A stretch of 64,000 bases of DNA from Candidatus Giovannonibacteria bacterium (GCA_016432405.1 CP066687.1:347040-411039); one strand, 5' to 3'; positions 48,922 to 58,484 are shown, counted from the stretch's first letter. Notes: generated by a model from the sequence alone, not told the origin. Numbers and translations: made by a program.

Positions 48922-49591
48922 CCACTGAGTTTTTGCCAAGCTTAGATTTTTTGACCGGCAAGCCCAGCGTTTTTTGAAGCTTGTCGGAGAAATTTTCTCT
49001 TGCCGCAACTCCACCGCCAATGATAACTTTCTCTGTTTTATAGGTCTCAATAATGCCTTTCAGCTTTTTTGCCAAAAATATTGCGAGTTCGTCGTCATTA
49101 CGGCTATCCCTGATTTCTTTGTACTTTTTTTCCCAGCGCGCCGGGTACTCAAAACTTTTTATTTTTAGAATCTTGCCGTCCTTACTTATCGCGCGGCCGA
49201 TCCCCGTCCCAAGAGTCAGAAAAAGCGTCGTCCGCTTGTCTCTATGTTCGGCCCGCGCGAAACACCTCGCATCGTGGTCAACCTTTACCCCCACACCAAA
49301 CTTTTTGGTGTGGGGGTTTACTTTTGCGCCGCCAAAAAACTCGGCGAAATTAAAATTTCGAATATAGGGCATATTTGTCGCTGAAACAAAAACAGCGCCC
49401 TTTATTCTTCCGGGCACAGCGATACCGATTTTAGAATGGCCCCCAAACAACTTTCTTAGAATTTTTTTAAATCCGCCCAAATTTTTCGGCGTCTTCGCCT
49501 CTCGCGCCGCCAAAACCTTTTTGCCGTCCCACAAAACTGCCCGTATTTTGGACCCGCCGATGTCCAATCCAACAATTATTTTTTTCCTCAT
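48893..49591 (-). CDS. ROK family protein
   Basis: GLDIGGS, DHDA, LGTGIG. Confidence 0.85.
   Translation of the reverse strand: MRKKIIVGLDIGGSKIRAVLWDGKKVLAAREAKTPKNLGGFKKILRKLFGGHSKIGIAVPGRIKGAVFVSATNMPYIRNFNFAEFFGGAKVNPHTKKFGVGVKVDHDARCFARAEHRDKRTTLFLTLGTGIGRAISKDGKILKIKSFEYPARWEKKYKEIRDSRNDDELAIFLAKKLKGIIETYKTEKVIIGGGVAARENFSDKLQKTLGLPVKKSKLGKNSVAIGAAMLFR
49287..49317. repeat. Palindrome in frame in the ROK gene
   Basis: ACCCCCACACCAAA-CTT-TTTGGTGTGGGGGT, encodes NPHTKKFGVG. Confidence 0.85.
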
Positions 49592-49593
49592 TT

Positions 49594-49664
49594 CTGCCGG
49601 GCTTGGATTCGAACCAAGATACTGGGCTCCAAAGGCCCATGTCCTACCATTAGACGACCCGGCA
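49594..49664 (-). tRNA. tRNA-Gln(UUG)
   Basis: U1-A72, anticodon arm TGGGC-CT-TTG-GA-GCCCA. Confidence 0.93.
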
Positions 49665-49672
49665 ATAAAATA

Positions 49673-50701
49673 CTATTTAACATAAGTAGCTATCTTAATC
49701 AACGCGAGTTCCAGGGGAAGGTGAGCGATAAAATCGTCCGCGGGGGCGCGGAGGGCGTCAATCAATTGGCGGACGGCGTATTCGGAGCGGGCTAAGCCCG
49801 CACCAGATTCTTTTTTGAAAAAAGTTATCTCGTCGGATGCAAACTCATGCTCCAGAAGCCGCTCCGTTTTCGGGTCCAAAGCCAAAAATAAAATTGCCCT
49901 GAAACTGCGCAAAAGAAGCTTCCCTAAAAACATTGGGTCAATCCCTTCCTCCAAAATTTTATCCAAAACCTCAAGCGTCTCTTTTGGCTTCCCCCCAAAA
50001 GAAGCGGAGACGAGTTTTTCCACCTCTTCTTCCTCCGGAGCGCCCAAAAGCCCGCGGACGTCCGTTTCTTTGACCGATTTTTGTCCGAGCCCCGCCATCT
50101 GAAATAAAATATTTTCAGCGTCGCGGAGCGAGCCGTCCGCAAAAAAAGCGATTAGCTTGAGCGCGTCTTCGTCCGCGTCAAGTTTTTCTTCCGCTGTTAT
50201 TTTTGTAAGCTCCCGCACAATGTCCGGTATGGATATTTTTCTGAACTGAAAATGCTGCGTGCGGGAGATGACCGTGTCGGGAACTTTGGCAAGCTCTGTT
50301 GTCGCCAAGATAAAAATCGCATGCTCCGGCGGCTCTTCCAGGGTCTTAAGAAGCGCATTGAACGCCTCCTTTGTCAGCATATGCACTTCGTCTATGATGT
50401 AAACTTTGCAGGGCGAGCGAAGCGGCAAAATCCATACTGCTTCTCTTAAAGCCCGCGCTTCGTCTATCCCCCGCGAAGAGGCGGCGTCAATTTCAACAAT
50501 ATCCTCCTCGTATGAGCCGACTTCTTTCGCTAAAATCCTGGCGACCGTGGTTTTGCCGGTGCCGCGCGGGCCGGAAAAAAGATAAGCGTGGGCAACGCGT
50601 TTTTTTGAAACTGCGTTTTTTAAAATGCGGACTGTGCCCTCCTGCCCAACCACTTCTTCAAAGCTTTTTGGCCGGTATTTTCTGTAGAAAACCTGCGACA
50701 T
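49673..50701 (-). CDS. dnaX: DNA polymerase III gamma/tau (short, lacks Zn module)
   Basis: YRKYRP, GPRGTGKT, IIDEVHML, KTLEEPP. Confidence 0.96.
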   Translation of the reverse strand: MSQVFYRKYRPKSFEEVVGQEGTVRILKNAVSKKRVAHAYLFSGPRGTGKTTVARILAKEVGSYEEDIVEIDAASSRGIDEARALREAVWILPLRSPCKVYIIDEVHMLTKEAFNALLKTLEEPPEHAIFILATTELAKVPDTVISRTQHFQFRKISIPDIVRELTKITAEEKLDADEDALKLIAFFADGSLRDAENILFQMAGLGQKSVKETDVRGLLGAPEEEEVEKLVSASFGGKPKETLEVLDKILEEGIDPMFLGKLLLRSFRAILFLALDPKTERLLEHEFASDEITFFKKESGAGLARSEYAVRQLIDALRAPADDFIAHLPLELALIKIATYVK

Positions 50702-50702
50702 G

Positions 50703-51359
50703 CTATTTTTTAAACACTATAAATTTAAAACCGGTAAAATTCCAGATAAGCACGGCGATGTTGGCGATAAATTTCGCGTAATTCAGCCATTTTGACGACC
50801 CGACCGTCTCAATGATTGAAGCCGGCGCGTAAGTGGTGAGAACCACAATCAACACGCTGTTTATAATAAGTCCGCCAACGCCAACGGCGAAAAATTTTGG
50901 GAAGTCATGAAACAAGCTGATTTTGTCCGAAACTAAGTTTCGGTCAGTAAGTGACCGAAACTTAGTTTCGGACGTTTCGGACGAAAAAACCCAGAGTTTG
51001 TTCCACAAGTATCCGTTTATCACCGCAATTAAAAATCCGGGCGCATTGACCCAGCCGACAATTATGCCGGCGGTCACGCCTGTAAGATAACTTGTCAGGT
51101 TGAGAACCGCAAAGTCAATCGCCGTGGAAAGAAACCCCGCGGCGGCGTAGCGGCCGAATTGCGAAAAAAACGGTTTCACTCGCGCCCCGAGAAAGTCCCC
51201 GAACCAAACCCCCGCCGCCCAGAGAACCGGCAGTAAAACCAAAGCGGCAAGATTTTGGTACGGGAAAGAAATTTTTAAAAAATACAAAATTGCCAGCGTA
51301 AGCGCCCCGGTCAAAATTCCCGCAACCGCCCCGATCCAATAATCTTTTTTGATAATCAT
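50703..51359 (-). CDS. GtrA-family membrane protein
   Basis: QFGRYAAAG, NGYLWNKLWVF, WNFTGFKFIVF. Confidence 0.8.
   Translation of the reverse strand: MIIKKDYWIGAVAGILTGALTLAILYFLKISFPYQNLAALVLLPVLWAAGVWFGDFLGARVKPFFSQFGRYAAAGFLSTAIDFAVLNLTSYLTGVTAGIIVGWVNAPGFLIAVINGYLWNKLWVFSSETSETKFRSLTDRNLVSDKISLFHDFPKFFAVGVGGLIINSVLIVVLTTYAPASIIETVGSSKWLNYAKFIANIAVLIWNFTGFKFIVFKK
50925..50982. repeat. Same palindromic element as in cysS, with a 9-bp GTTTCGGAC duplication
   Basis: GTCCGAAACTAAGTTTCGGTCA-GTAAG-TGACCGAAACTTAGTTTCGGAC-GTTTCGGAC. Confidence 0.9.
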
Positions 51360-53770
51360 AATAATGCCTGATGCCTCCTTCTAATTTCCTCCTCTACTTC
51401 CTCGCGCGGGCGCGAGTATTTGGAGCGCGAGAGCTCTTTTATGTAATCGGCTGTATCCCCGCGGCCGCTTTCCGGAGGCAGAGTTTTTATATTAAAGGGC
51501 TTTGAGGTCTGGCCGTCAATCAGCAATTTGAGATAAGCGCTGAAATTATCAATGTTTAAAAGGTCCTCCGCGGAAAACACCGGCTGGAATTGTTTTTCCA
51601 TATACTCGGCGTCGTCGGAGCCGATTCTAAAAGAGCAGATGGAGCCGACGTTTCCGAAAATCGCCTTTTTAATGTCCTCGTCAAGCTGGCCTATGAACTG
51701 GTGCGCAACTATCATGTTCAATTTATATTTTCTCGCCTCGGAAAGGATTGTGGCAATGGATTTTGTGGTCACGTTTTGAAACTCGTCAATATAGAGGTAA
51801 AAATCGCCGCGCTCTGCCTCCGGTCTGTCCACTCTTGATAGCGAGGCCATTAAAATCTTGCTAACTATAATGAGCCCCAAAAGATTTGAATTGAGCTCGC
51901 CGAGTTTCCCCTTGGATAAATTCAAAAGAAGGATTTTTTTCTGGTCCATAACGCCGCGCAGATTAAAGGCGGACTTTTGCTGGGCGATTATCGGGCGCAT
52001 AATGTCATTGGATAAAAATCCGTCAAACTTGCTCACAACGTAAGTCGCCATGTTGGCAATGGATTGCTCTCCCGAGGCGCGCTCCGCAATCTGCTTCCAA
52101 AAGGTCTCCACGACTATATTTTTGGAGCGCGAGAGCTTAAAGTCGCGGAAGGATTTATCCGCGAAAACCCTCTGGATTTCCAAAAGCGTGTTGCCGCTCT
52201 CCAGGTCTTCCATAACCAGCATCGCCGCGTTTCTGAAGTATTGCTCAAACATCGGCCCTCCGGCAACCGACATATTAAAAAGCTTGTTAAAAATTTCCAA
52301 AAGCTCGTTGACGATTAAACTTTTCTGCTCGGGATAGCGGGGGTCAAACTCCAGCATGTTGAGGCCCATCGGGCGCGCAACATCCCCGGGGTCAAAATAA
52401 ATTACGTCATTTGCGCGCTCTGCAGGAATTAAAGGCAGGATTTTTTCAATAAGGTCGCCGTGCGGGTCCACAATTGCCACCCCCTCGCCGGCCAAAATGT
52501 CCTGACTGACCATGTTTTGCATAAGCGCGGATTTTCCGGTGCCCGTCTGCCCAATGATGTAAAAATGCCTTCTGCGGTCGTCTTTTTTTAGCCGCACTTC
52601 GCGCCCCTCGCCCCGGAATGAGCTTTTGCCGAGCAAAACGCCCTCTTTCGGCAAATTGACCGGCGGAGCGGACTCTTTCGCTTTTAAGGTGCGCACGGAG
52701 GGAGCGGCCTTTTTCAGATATGGAAAATGGTAAATGCTCGCGATTTCCTCAACGTTTAAAATTATTTTGGCTTCTTCGTCAAAAAGGCGGAAAGAAAAAC
52801 GCTCAACCAATTTTCTTAAACGTTTTCCACCAAGCTCTTTAATTTTCAGGCCGTTGCCCTCCGGATTTTCATACTGCAAAAAAGCCCCGGCAAGCCCTTT
52901 CAAAATCTTATCAGCCGAGAGCGCGCTCTCGGCTGAGGCAAGAATGCGTATATTGCATTCAAACGCCGGCTTTGAGGCCTTTTCTTCAAAAAGCTTTGCC
53001 GTTTCTTCGTCGTAACTTGCGCCGCTTTTTTCTTTACCGATCTTTGACGGGGAAAAAATTTTCAAAAACGCTTTCCAAAAACCGCTTTTGCCCAGCGCTT
53101 CTTTTTTACTCTCCCCTTCTTTCATTTTTTTTGCCGCCCCATGCGCGCGGCTTTTGATATTTTCCCCTCCGACTCTCAAAATTATCTGTAAAGCCGCGCC
53201 CTCGCCGAATTCTTTTATGCTGGAGAGAGCCGAAGTTATCGTATCCAACTGATCGCTTCCGGATTTCTGATAGGTTTTTATGGGCAGCAGTTCTGATTCG
53301 GCGGAAAACGCGGAGGCGCCGGCTGTTGCCCCCTCTAAATTGAAAATATTATAATCAGGCCTTCTTTCTATTTTGGCTTCCGGAAAGGCGCCGTGAAGTT
53401 GATTTTGAAGCAGAATTTCATATGCTCTCGGGAAAGCTATGTAGAAAAATATCTCGCTCCCGCGGTTGTGCGCGGCGATCTCAAACGCAAACTGCGGATT
53501 TCCTAAAATTTTGCCGGCGATTCCTCTTCTTTGAACTCCGCCCAAGCCGGTGAGAAAATTTTCCATTTTTAAAATAAAATCCTTCGCCGCCTGCGCCTCC
53601 CCCGCTTTTTCGCCTCTTGCCTCCGGGATACTGACCAGATAAAGTCCCAGGCCAAGCCCGGCGCTTACCCCACTGGAGCGCCTTTCCCTTTTTATCCAAA
53701 TTACGGAAAAAAGCCAGAGCCAGAGCGCCAGCGTTATAAATAAAAAAAGGTAGAAAGCGGCCGGATTCAT
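51356..53770 (-). CDS. VirB4/VirD4/HerA-like ATPase with N-terminal TM
   Basis: RRHFYIIGQTGTGKS, DPHGD, YLYIDEFQN, EARKY. Confidence 0.85.
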   Translation of the reverse strand: MNPAAFYLFLFITLALWLWLFSVIWIKRERRSSGVSAGLGLGLYLVSIPEARGEKAGEAQAAKDFILKMENFLTGLGGVQRRGIAGKILGNPQFAFEIAAHNRGSEIFFYIAFPRAYEILLQNQLHGAFPEAKIERRPDYNIFNLEGATAGASAFSAESELLPIKTYQKSGSDQLDTITSALSSIKEFGEGAALQIILRVGGENIKSRAHGAAKKMKEGESKKEALGKSGFWKAFLKIFSPSKIGKEKSGASYDEETAKLFEEKASKPAFECNIRILASAESALSADKILKGLAGAFLQYENPEGNGLKIKELGGKRLRKLVERFSFRLFDEEAKIILNVEEIASIYHFPYLKKAAPSVRTLKAKESAPPVNLPKEGVLLGKSSFRGEGREVRLKKDDRRRHFYIIGQTGTGKSALMQNMVSQDILAGEGVAIVDPHGDLIEKILPLIPAERANDVIYFDPGDVARPMGLNMLEFDPRYPEQKSLIVNELLEIFNKLFNMSVAGGPMFEQYFRNAAMLVMEDLESGNTLLEIQRVFADKSFRDFKLSRSKNIVVETFWKQIAERASGEQSIANMATYVVSKFDGFLSNDIMRPIIAQQKSAFNLRGVMDQKKILLLNLSKGKLGELNSNLLGLIIVSKILMASLSRVDRPEAERGDFYLYIDEFQNVTTKSIATILSEARKYKLNMIVAHQFIGQLDEDIKKAIFGNVGSICSFRIGSDDAEYMEKQFQPVFSAEDLLNIDNFSAYLKLLIDGQTSKPFNIKTLPPESGRGDTADYIKELSRSKYSRPREEVEEEIRRRHQALL

Positions 53771-54156
53771 TTAATTTTTCTGGACTCTAAAAGTTTTTCG
53801 TAATATCTGTCCGCCAGCGTGTCGTGAAATTCATCCAGAATATGCGGATTTTTCAACGCCTGCGCGACTTTCATGGCCGAAGCCATCCCTTTGGTGAGCG
53901 CGAGCTCCACCAGAGAATCAATTATTTCGGCGTGCTCTTTTTCCTGCAGCTCATACGCTTTTTGCTTAGCATCATCGTCCGCAAGCTGGCTTTGCTGAAG
54001 CGGTGTTGGCGATTTTGACCCGGCGGCGTCTTTTATGACTTCTCTAAAAATCTCTTTTTCGTGCTTTTGCTCACCGCTTCCGGCCAGCTCCCTTTTTTTG
54101 GCCTCCAGCCGCTCTTCAAGCAATTTTATTTCCTCGTGTAACCATGATTCAGGCAT
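53767..54156 (-). CDS. Hypothetical protein coupled to the ATPase
   Basis: Overlaps the ATPase start; NPHILDEFHD. Confidence 0.7.
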   Translation of the reverse strand: MPESWLHEEIKLLEERLEAKKRELAGSGEQKHEKEIFREVIKDAAGSKSPTPLQQSQLADDDAKQKAYELQEKEHAEIIDSLVELALTKGMASAMKVAQALKNPHILDEFHDTLADRYYEKLLESRKIK

Positions 54157-54186
54157 AATGAAATAATAACATGTTATAATAATTTT

Positions 54187-55782
54187 ATGAAAAACCACTG
54201 GGTTTTAGTGTTGTTGATATTGGCCTTGGCAGCGTTTTTCCGTTTTTGGGATTTAAAGAGCGCCCCGCCGGGGCTTTGGGCGGATGAGGCAGTAAATGGC
54301 GTCAACGCGCTGCGGGTTATTGAAACTAATCCGCCAGCTGGCGGATGGAAAGTTTTTTATCCGGAAAATTTCGGCCGCGAAGGCCTTTTTATAAACATTC
54401 AATCCGTTTTTGTAAAATCATTCGGCACCGAGCCGTGGGTATTGCGCTTGCCGTCGGCGATATTTGGAGTATTAACTATTTTAGGACTATATTTAATGAC
54501 TTTGGAATTGTTTAGGAATTCGAAATTAGAAATTGAAAATTCTCATGGCGAGTTCATTGCTTTGGCATCATCATTATTTCTCGCCACGAGCTTTTGGCAT
54601 ATTAATTTCTCGCGGATAGGATTCCGCGCGATTATGGCGCCGTTTTTTTTGGTGTGGAGTTTTTATTTTTTACTAAAAGGAACGTCGAGACGTCCGACGT
54701 CCTATGGACGTCGGACGTCCATAATTATTCTCGCCGGCTTCACTTTCGGCCTTGGCTTCCATTCATATATCGCTTATCGCATCGCGCCGGTAATTGCGCT
54801 GTTACCGCTGTGGAAATTTTACAAAAACTGGAAAAATCAGGAAGCCGGACTTCCACTTGGAAGTCCGGCTTCCAAGTACTGCGCTCCGTGCTTTATTGGA
54901 CTTTTTATTTTCGCCGCTTTCATCGCCTCGCTCCCCCTTCTTTGGTATTACGTCCAAAATCCGCAGGATTTTTTGGGGCGGACGGCGGCGATTTCAATTT
55001 TTGACGCTCCCAGCCCGCTCGGACAATTTTCAGAAAATCTTATAAAAACGCTGGGGATGTTCAATATCGCTGGCGATTTCAACTGGCGGCACAATCTCAC
55101 CGGCTCTCCGCAGCTTTGGTGGCCAGTGGGAATTTTATTTTTAATCGGCATATGGAAATCGCTTAAAAAATTACAGTGGCCATATAGTTTTGTGTTGCTG
55201 TGGTTTATAACGATGCTTTTGCCGGTTGCCGTTTCCAATGAATCTTTGCCGCACGCGCTCCGCGCGATTATTTTAATTCCGCCAGCGATGATTTTCGCCG
55301 CCTTGGGGCTAAATTGGCTTTGGGAAAATGTCAAGCCGCAGTTCAGGATTTTTATTTATATTTTTTTGGCCACCGCCGTGCTTCAGGCCTACAGCCAGTA
55401 TTTTTTACACTGGGCGCCGAATTTCAACGTTCATCAGGCATTTCAGACAGAAATTACCGAAAAGGCACGCTGGCTTAAGGCAGAGCCCAAAGACATAAAA
55501 AAATACGTCGTTACCGACGCGGTTGACCAAGCGGACACAACCGGCACGCCGATGTCCTTTCAGCCGATAGTTTTTATCACGGACACCTTTTATTCGCAGA
55601 AACAGGCGGAGAAAAATATTTATTATATTTCTTTAAAGAATCTTGATTACGCGGATTGTTCCCAAAAATGCGAGTTTCTGCCCGTGGAATACCGCCCAGC
55701 TATTTTTAAAACAATCAAACAAAAAATCCCGGGCTTGCGCTTAGACGCCTCTTCGGGATTTGTGGTATTAAAAAATTATTGA
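54187..55782 (+). CDS. ArnT/PMT-like GT-C glycosyltransferase
   Basis: PPGLWADEA, LRLPSA, WHINFSR; many TMs. Confidence 0.85.
   Translation: MKNHWVLVLLILALAAFFRFWDLKSAPPGLWADEAVNGVNALRVIETNPPAGGWKVFYPENFGREGLFINIQSVFVKSFGTEPWVLRLPSAIFGVLTILGLYLMTLELFRNSKLEIENSHGEFIALASSLFLATSFWHINFSRIGFRAIMAPFFLVWSFYFLLKGTSRRPTSYGRRTSIIILAGFTFGLGFHSYIAYRIAPVIALLPLWKFYKNWKNQEAGLPLGSPASKYCAPCFIGLFIFAAFIASLPLLWYYVQNPQDFLGRTAAISIFDAPSPLGQFSENLIKTLGMFNIAGDFNWRHNLTGSPQLWWPVGILFLIGIWKSLKKLQWPYSFVLLWFITMLLPVAVSNESLPHALRAIILIPPAMIFAALGLNWLWENVKPQFRIFIYIFLATAVLQAYSQYFLHWAPNFNVHQAFQTEITEKARWLKAEPKDIKKYVVTDAVDQADTTGTPMSFQPIVFITDTFYSQKQAEKNIYYISLKNLDYADCSQKCEFLPVEYRPAIFKTIKQKIPGLRLDASSGFVVLKNY
54689..54719. repeat. GACGTC-family palindrome; identical copy at 58054-58084
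   Basis: GACGTCCGACGTCC-TAT-GGACGTCGGACGTC. Confidence 0.9.
54840..54873. repeat. Palindrome in frame in the glycosyltransferase
   Basis: GGAAGCCGGACTTCCA-CT-TGGAAGTCCGGCTTCC. Confidence 0.88.
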
Positions 55783-55784
55783 AC

Positions 55785-55818
55785 TATACAAGTACTCACG
55801 ATCGTATAAATTTGTATA
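55785..55818. promoter_or_regulatory. 34-bp palindromic site downstream of PaaX-like gene 3
   Basis: TATACAAGTACTCA-CGATCG-TATAAATTTGTATA. Confidence 0.75.
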
Positions 55819-55825
55819 GACGCAT

Positions 55826-56347
55826 CTATTTAGTATTTATAGTGCCCTTATTTTGTACCGTGAAAATATGAATGTTGGACATTAAGTTCATCTCTTCTAA
55901 ATTTTCTAAGAATTCCTGAGGTAACGGTCGCTCCCCCATCCATACACTTTTTTGTAAAGGCTTAAAATCGTAGGCAACTAGTTCTATTCTTAACCAATCG
56001 CGCTTTCTTCGCTCGCGCTCTGGAACGTCAAATATTACAATCCTTAAAATGCCGTCTTTTTTGGGCAAATCAAATGCGTTATCCGTTTTTGTGTTTTTGA
56101 TAAATTTTTTACCCAAATTCGTTATTCCCCACGTGTTATTTTTTCTTTCCACCAAGCCTTGTTTTTGCAATCTGGTCAAAATAACGGAAAAGGTTTGACG
56201 TTTAAATTGATAGTTTGAATCCAGCCCTAAAAGTTGCCTCCAGGCTCTTGCTTGCGGATACTTTTTTGGAAAAAAAGAATCCAGAGTCGCAAAACCTAAG
56301 TCGCCGATGGTTTTTAGGGTCAATTTAGTAAGATTTAGTTTTTTCAT
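55826..56347 (-). CDS. PaaX-like regulator (wHTH plus Cas2-like), copy 3
   Basis: LTRLQKQGLV, ITNLG, RIVIFDVPERERRKRDWLR..LQKSVW. Confidence 0.85.
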   Translation of the reverse strand: MKKLNLTKLTLKTIGDLGFATLDSFFPKKYPQARAWRQLLGLDSNYQFKRQTFSVILTRLQKQGLVERKNNTWGITNLGKKFIKNTKTDNAFDLPKKDGILRIVIFDVPERERRKRDWLRIELVAYDFKPLQKSVWMGERPLPQEFLENLEEMNLMSNIHIFTVQNKGTINTK

Positions 56348-56376
56348 GTTTCAATATTGTTCCAATACTACCATAC

Positions 56377-56410
56377 TATACACTTTTACACGATCGTTGG
56401 AATTTGTATA
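56377..56410. promoter_or_regulatory. 34-bp palindromic site upstream of PaaX-like gene 3
   Basis: TATACACTTTTACA-CGATCG-TTGGAATTTGTATA; 28/36 identical to the downstream site including flanking bases. Confidence 0.75.
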
Positions 56411-56424
56411 GACCATTGTGAATT

Positions 56425-56802
56425 AATCCGGTACTAATTTTCGGAGTCAAGGATTGGTGCTTGACAGGCTAAAATTAGATATGGTAAACTTCAACAAGAA
56501 TAAGGAGGGAAGGAGGGCTAGAGTATGATAGAGATAACAGAGTGTAAGGATAGCATAATCATTATTTCTTGGCATCCAGGACACTTTACAGCAAACGAGG
56601 GCGCACAGCATGACCGTATCAGAGATTTAATGAGGAGGGGCTATAGACTGATTTCCAACGGAGTAACGTCTGAAGGAGCTATCACGTTACAAGCAATTCC
56701 TCCTGTTACCAAAGACTGAAGAATGATATGTCCTGCATCCGTACAGATGGCGCATCGCTTTTATAGATGCGCTATTTCTTTTTCCAAAAATTAGCGCTAT
56801 TT
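56425..56802 (+). mobile_element. Second copy of the TIR-bounded cassette frame, with different cargo
   Basis: About 40 bp nearly identical to 43400-43439; right end TCCAAAAATTAGC. Confidence 0.7.
56525..56719 (+). CDS. Orphan 64-aa protein (cassette cargo)
   Basis: TTGACA-18-TAAACT, tandem SD TAAGGAGGGAAGGAGGGCT, hairpin plus T tract at about 56748-56782. Confidence 0.7.
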   Translation: MIEITECKDSIIIISWHPGHFTANEGAQHDRIRDLMRRGYRLISNGVTSEGAITLQAIPPVTKD

Positions 56803-56819
56803 AATGATAGAATGAGGGT

Positions 56820-58484
56820 ATGGATAAATATGCCAATGTTTTAGCGGTTTTGATGCTTGTAGCGATGTTCGGGCTGATGCTTGCTTCCAGTTGGAACGAT
56901 TCGGCGATTTTTGACGAGGTGGCGCATATCGGCGCGGGTTATACTTATCTTAAATATCTGGACGGGCGGTTAAATCCGGAGCACCCGCCGCTTCTCAAGA
57001 GCATGGCCGCTTTGCCGCTTTTGTTTTTATCCGCCAGTGGGCGGATTAAAGAAAATATCGCGGCGCAGCCATTTTGGACTATGGAGAATGTAAATGACCG
57101 CCAATGGGCCACGGGTAATTATCTTTTATATGAGGCGGGCAATGACGCGGACCGGATTCTTTTCTGGTCGCGCCTGCCGATGATTCTGCTTACGATATTG
57201 TTTGGCTGGATATTATTTTCTTGGGTAAAAAAGCGCTATGGCGCAGCGGTGGGGTTGCTTACTTTGTTTTTCTTCGCTGTCTCCCCCACTTTTTTGGCGC
57301 ATGGCCGATACGTAACAACAGACGTCGGCGCCGCGCTCGGATTTTTCCTGGGAATAATTTTCTTTTTGCGGTTTTTGGAACGGCAAGATTTAAAGTCAGC
57401 AACTTGGCTCGGTGTAGTGTTGGGGCTTGTCTTGCTTTTTAAATTCTCTTTAGTTTTATTACTCCCGATTTATTTAATAATTTTAATATTTAAAAATTGG
57501 AATTTGATTGAAAATTGGAAATTGAAAATTAGAAATTTAGCGTTAGCCACCATTATCGCGCTCGCTGTAATTTACGCCGCGTATATTCCGCAAATCTGGG
57601 GTTATCCGCATGACCAGCAGATGAAAGACGCGCGCTACATCCTTGCCGGCTATCAGTATCCCTCTTTGGCCAAGCTGGATTTTTGGCTGACCGAACAAAC
57701 GCTCACAAGGCCGCTTGGGCTTTACCTGCAAGGATTTTTGATGGTTGCGCGGCGCACCGCCGGTGGGAACACGGCCTATTTTATGGGTGAAATTTCATCA
57801 AAAGGATGGTGGTCCTATTTTCCGGTTCTGGCAATCACAAAAGAACAGCTGGGGTTTTATATTCTGGCGATAATTGCTTTATTTACGGCGATTAAGAATC
57901 GGGCTCGGCCGGATTTTAATTCGCTCGCGGCTATTATTTTTATAATTTTTTACTGGGCAAGCTCAATTTTAAATCCTCTTAACATCGGCGTACGGCATGT
58001 TCTGCCGACTTTCCCTTTTCTTTACTTTTTGGTTGCGAAAGGCTTAATTTCAGGACGTCCGACGTCCTATGGACGTCGGACGTCCATATATTTAATTAGC
58101 ACTTGGATGATTATAGAAACACTTTTTGCTTTCCCATATTATCTTTCTTACTACAACATTTTGGGCGGCGGCGAAGAAAACGGATATAAAATCGCAACCG
58201 ATTCAAACTACGACTGGGGGCAAGACCTAAAACGTTTGACGTTTTGGGTGAAAGAAAACAATCTAGATAAAATTTATCTTGATTATTTCGGAGGCGGCTC
58301 GCCTAAATATTATCTGGGCGATAAATTTGAGCCGTGGTGGCCAGCAAAGGGCGCACCTCCCCGGGAAAGCTATTTCGCGATCTCTATAAATAGTTTAGCC
58401 GGGTCGGAGAATTTATATCCTTGGCTGAAAAGTAAAAACCTCGCTGCGCGCGCCGGCAGTTCAATCTTAATCTACAGGTTTTAA
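56820..58484 (+). CDS. ArnT/PMT-like GT-C glycosyltransferase
   Basis: SAIFDEVAHI, NPEHPPL, DSNYDWGQDL. Confidence 0.85.
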   Translation: MDKYANVLAVLMLVAMFGLMLASSWNDSAIFDEVAHIGAGYTYLKYLDGRLNPEHPPLLKSMAALPLLFLSASGRIKENIAAQPFWTMENVNDRQWATGNYLLYEAGNDADRILFWSRLPMILLTILFGWILFSWVKKRYGAAVGLLTLFFFAVSPTFLAHGRYVTTDVGAALGFFLGIIFFLRFLERQDLKSATWLGVVLGLVLLFKFSLVLLLPIYLIILIFKNWNLIENWKLKIRNLALATIIALAVIYAAYIPQIWGYPHDQQMKDARYILAGYQYPSLAKLDFWLTEQTLTRPLGLYLQGFLMVARRTAGGNTAYFMGEISSKGWWSYFPVLAITKEQLGFYILAIIALFTAIKNRARPDFNSLAAIIFIIFYWASSILNPLNIGVRHVLPTFPFLYFLVAKGLISGRPTSYGRRTSIYLISTWMIIETLFAFPYYLSYYNILGGGEENGYKIATDSNYDWGQDLKRLTFWVKENNLDKIYLDYFGGGSPKYYLGDKFEPWWPAKGAPPRESYFAISINSLAGSENLYPWLKSKNLAARAGSSILIYRF

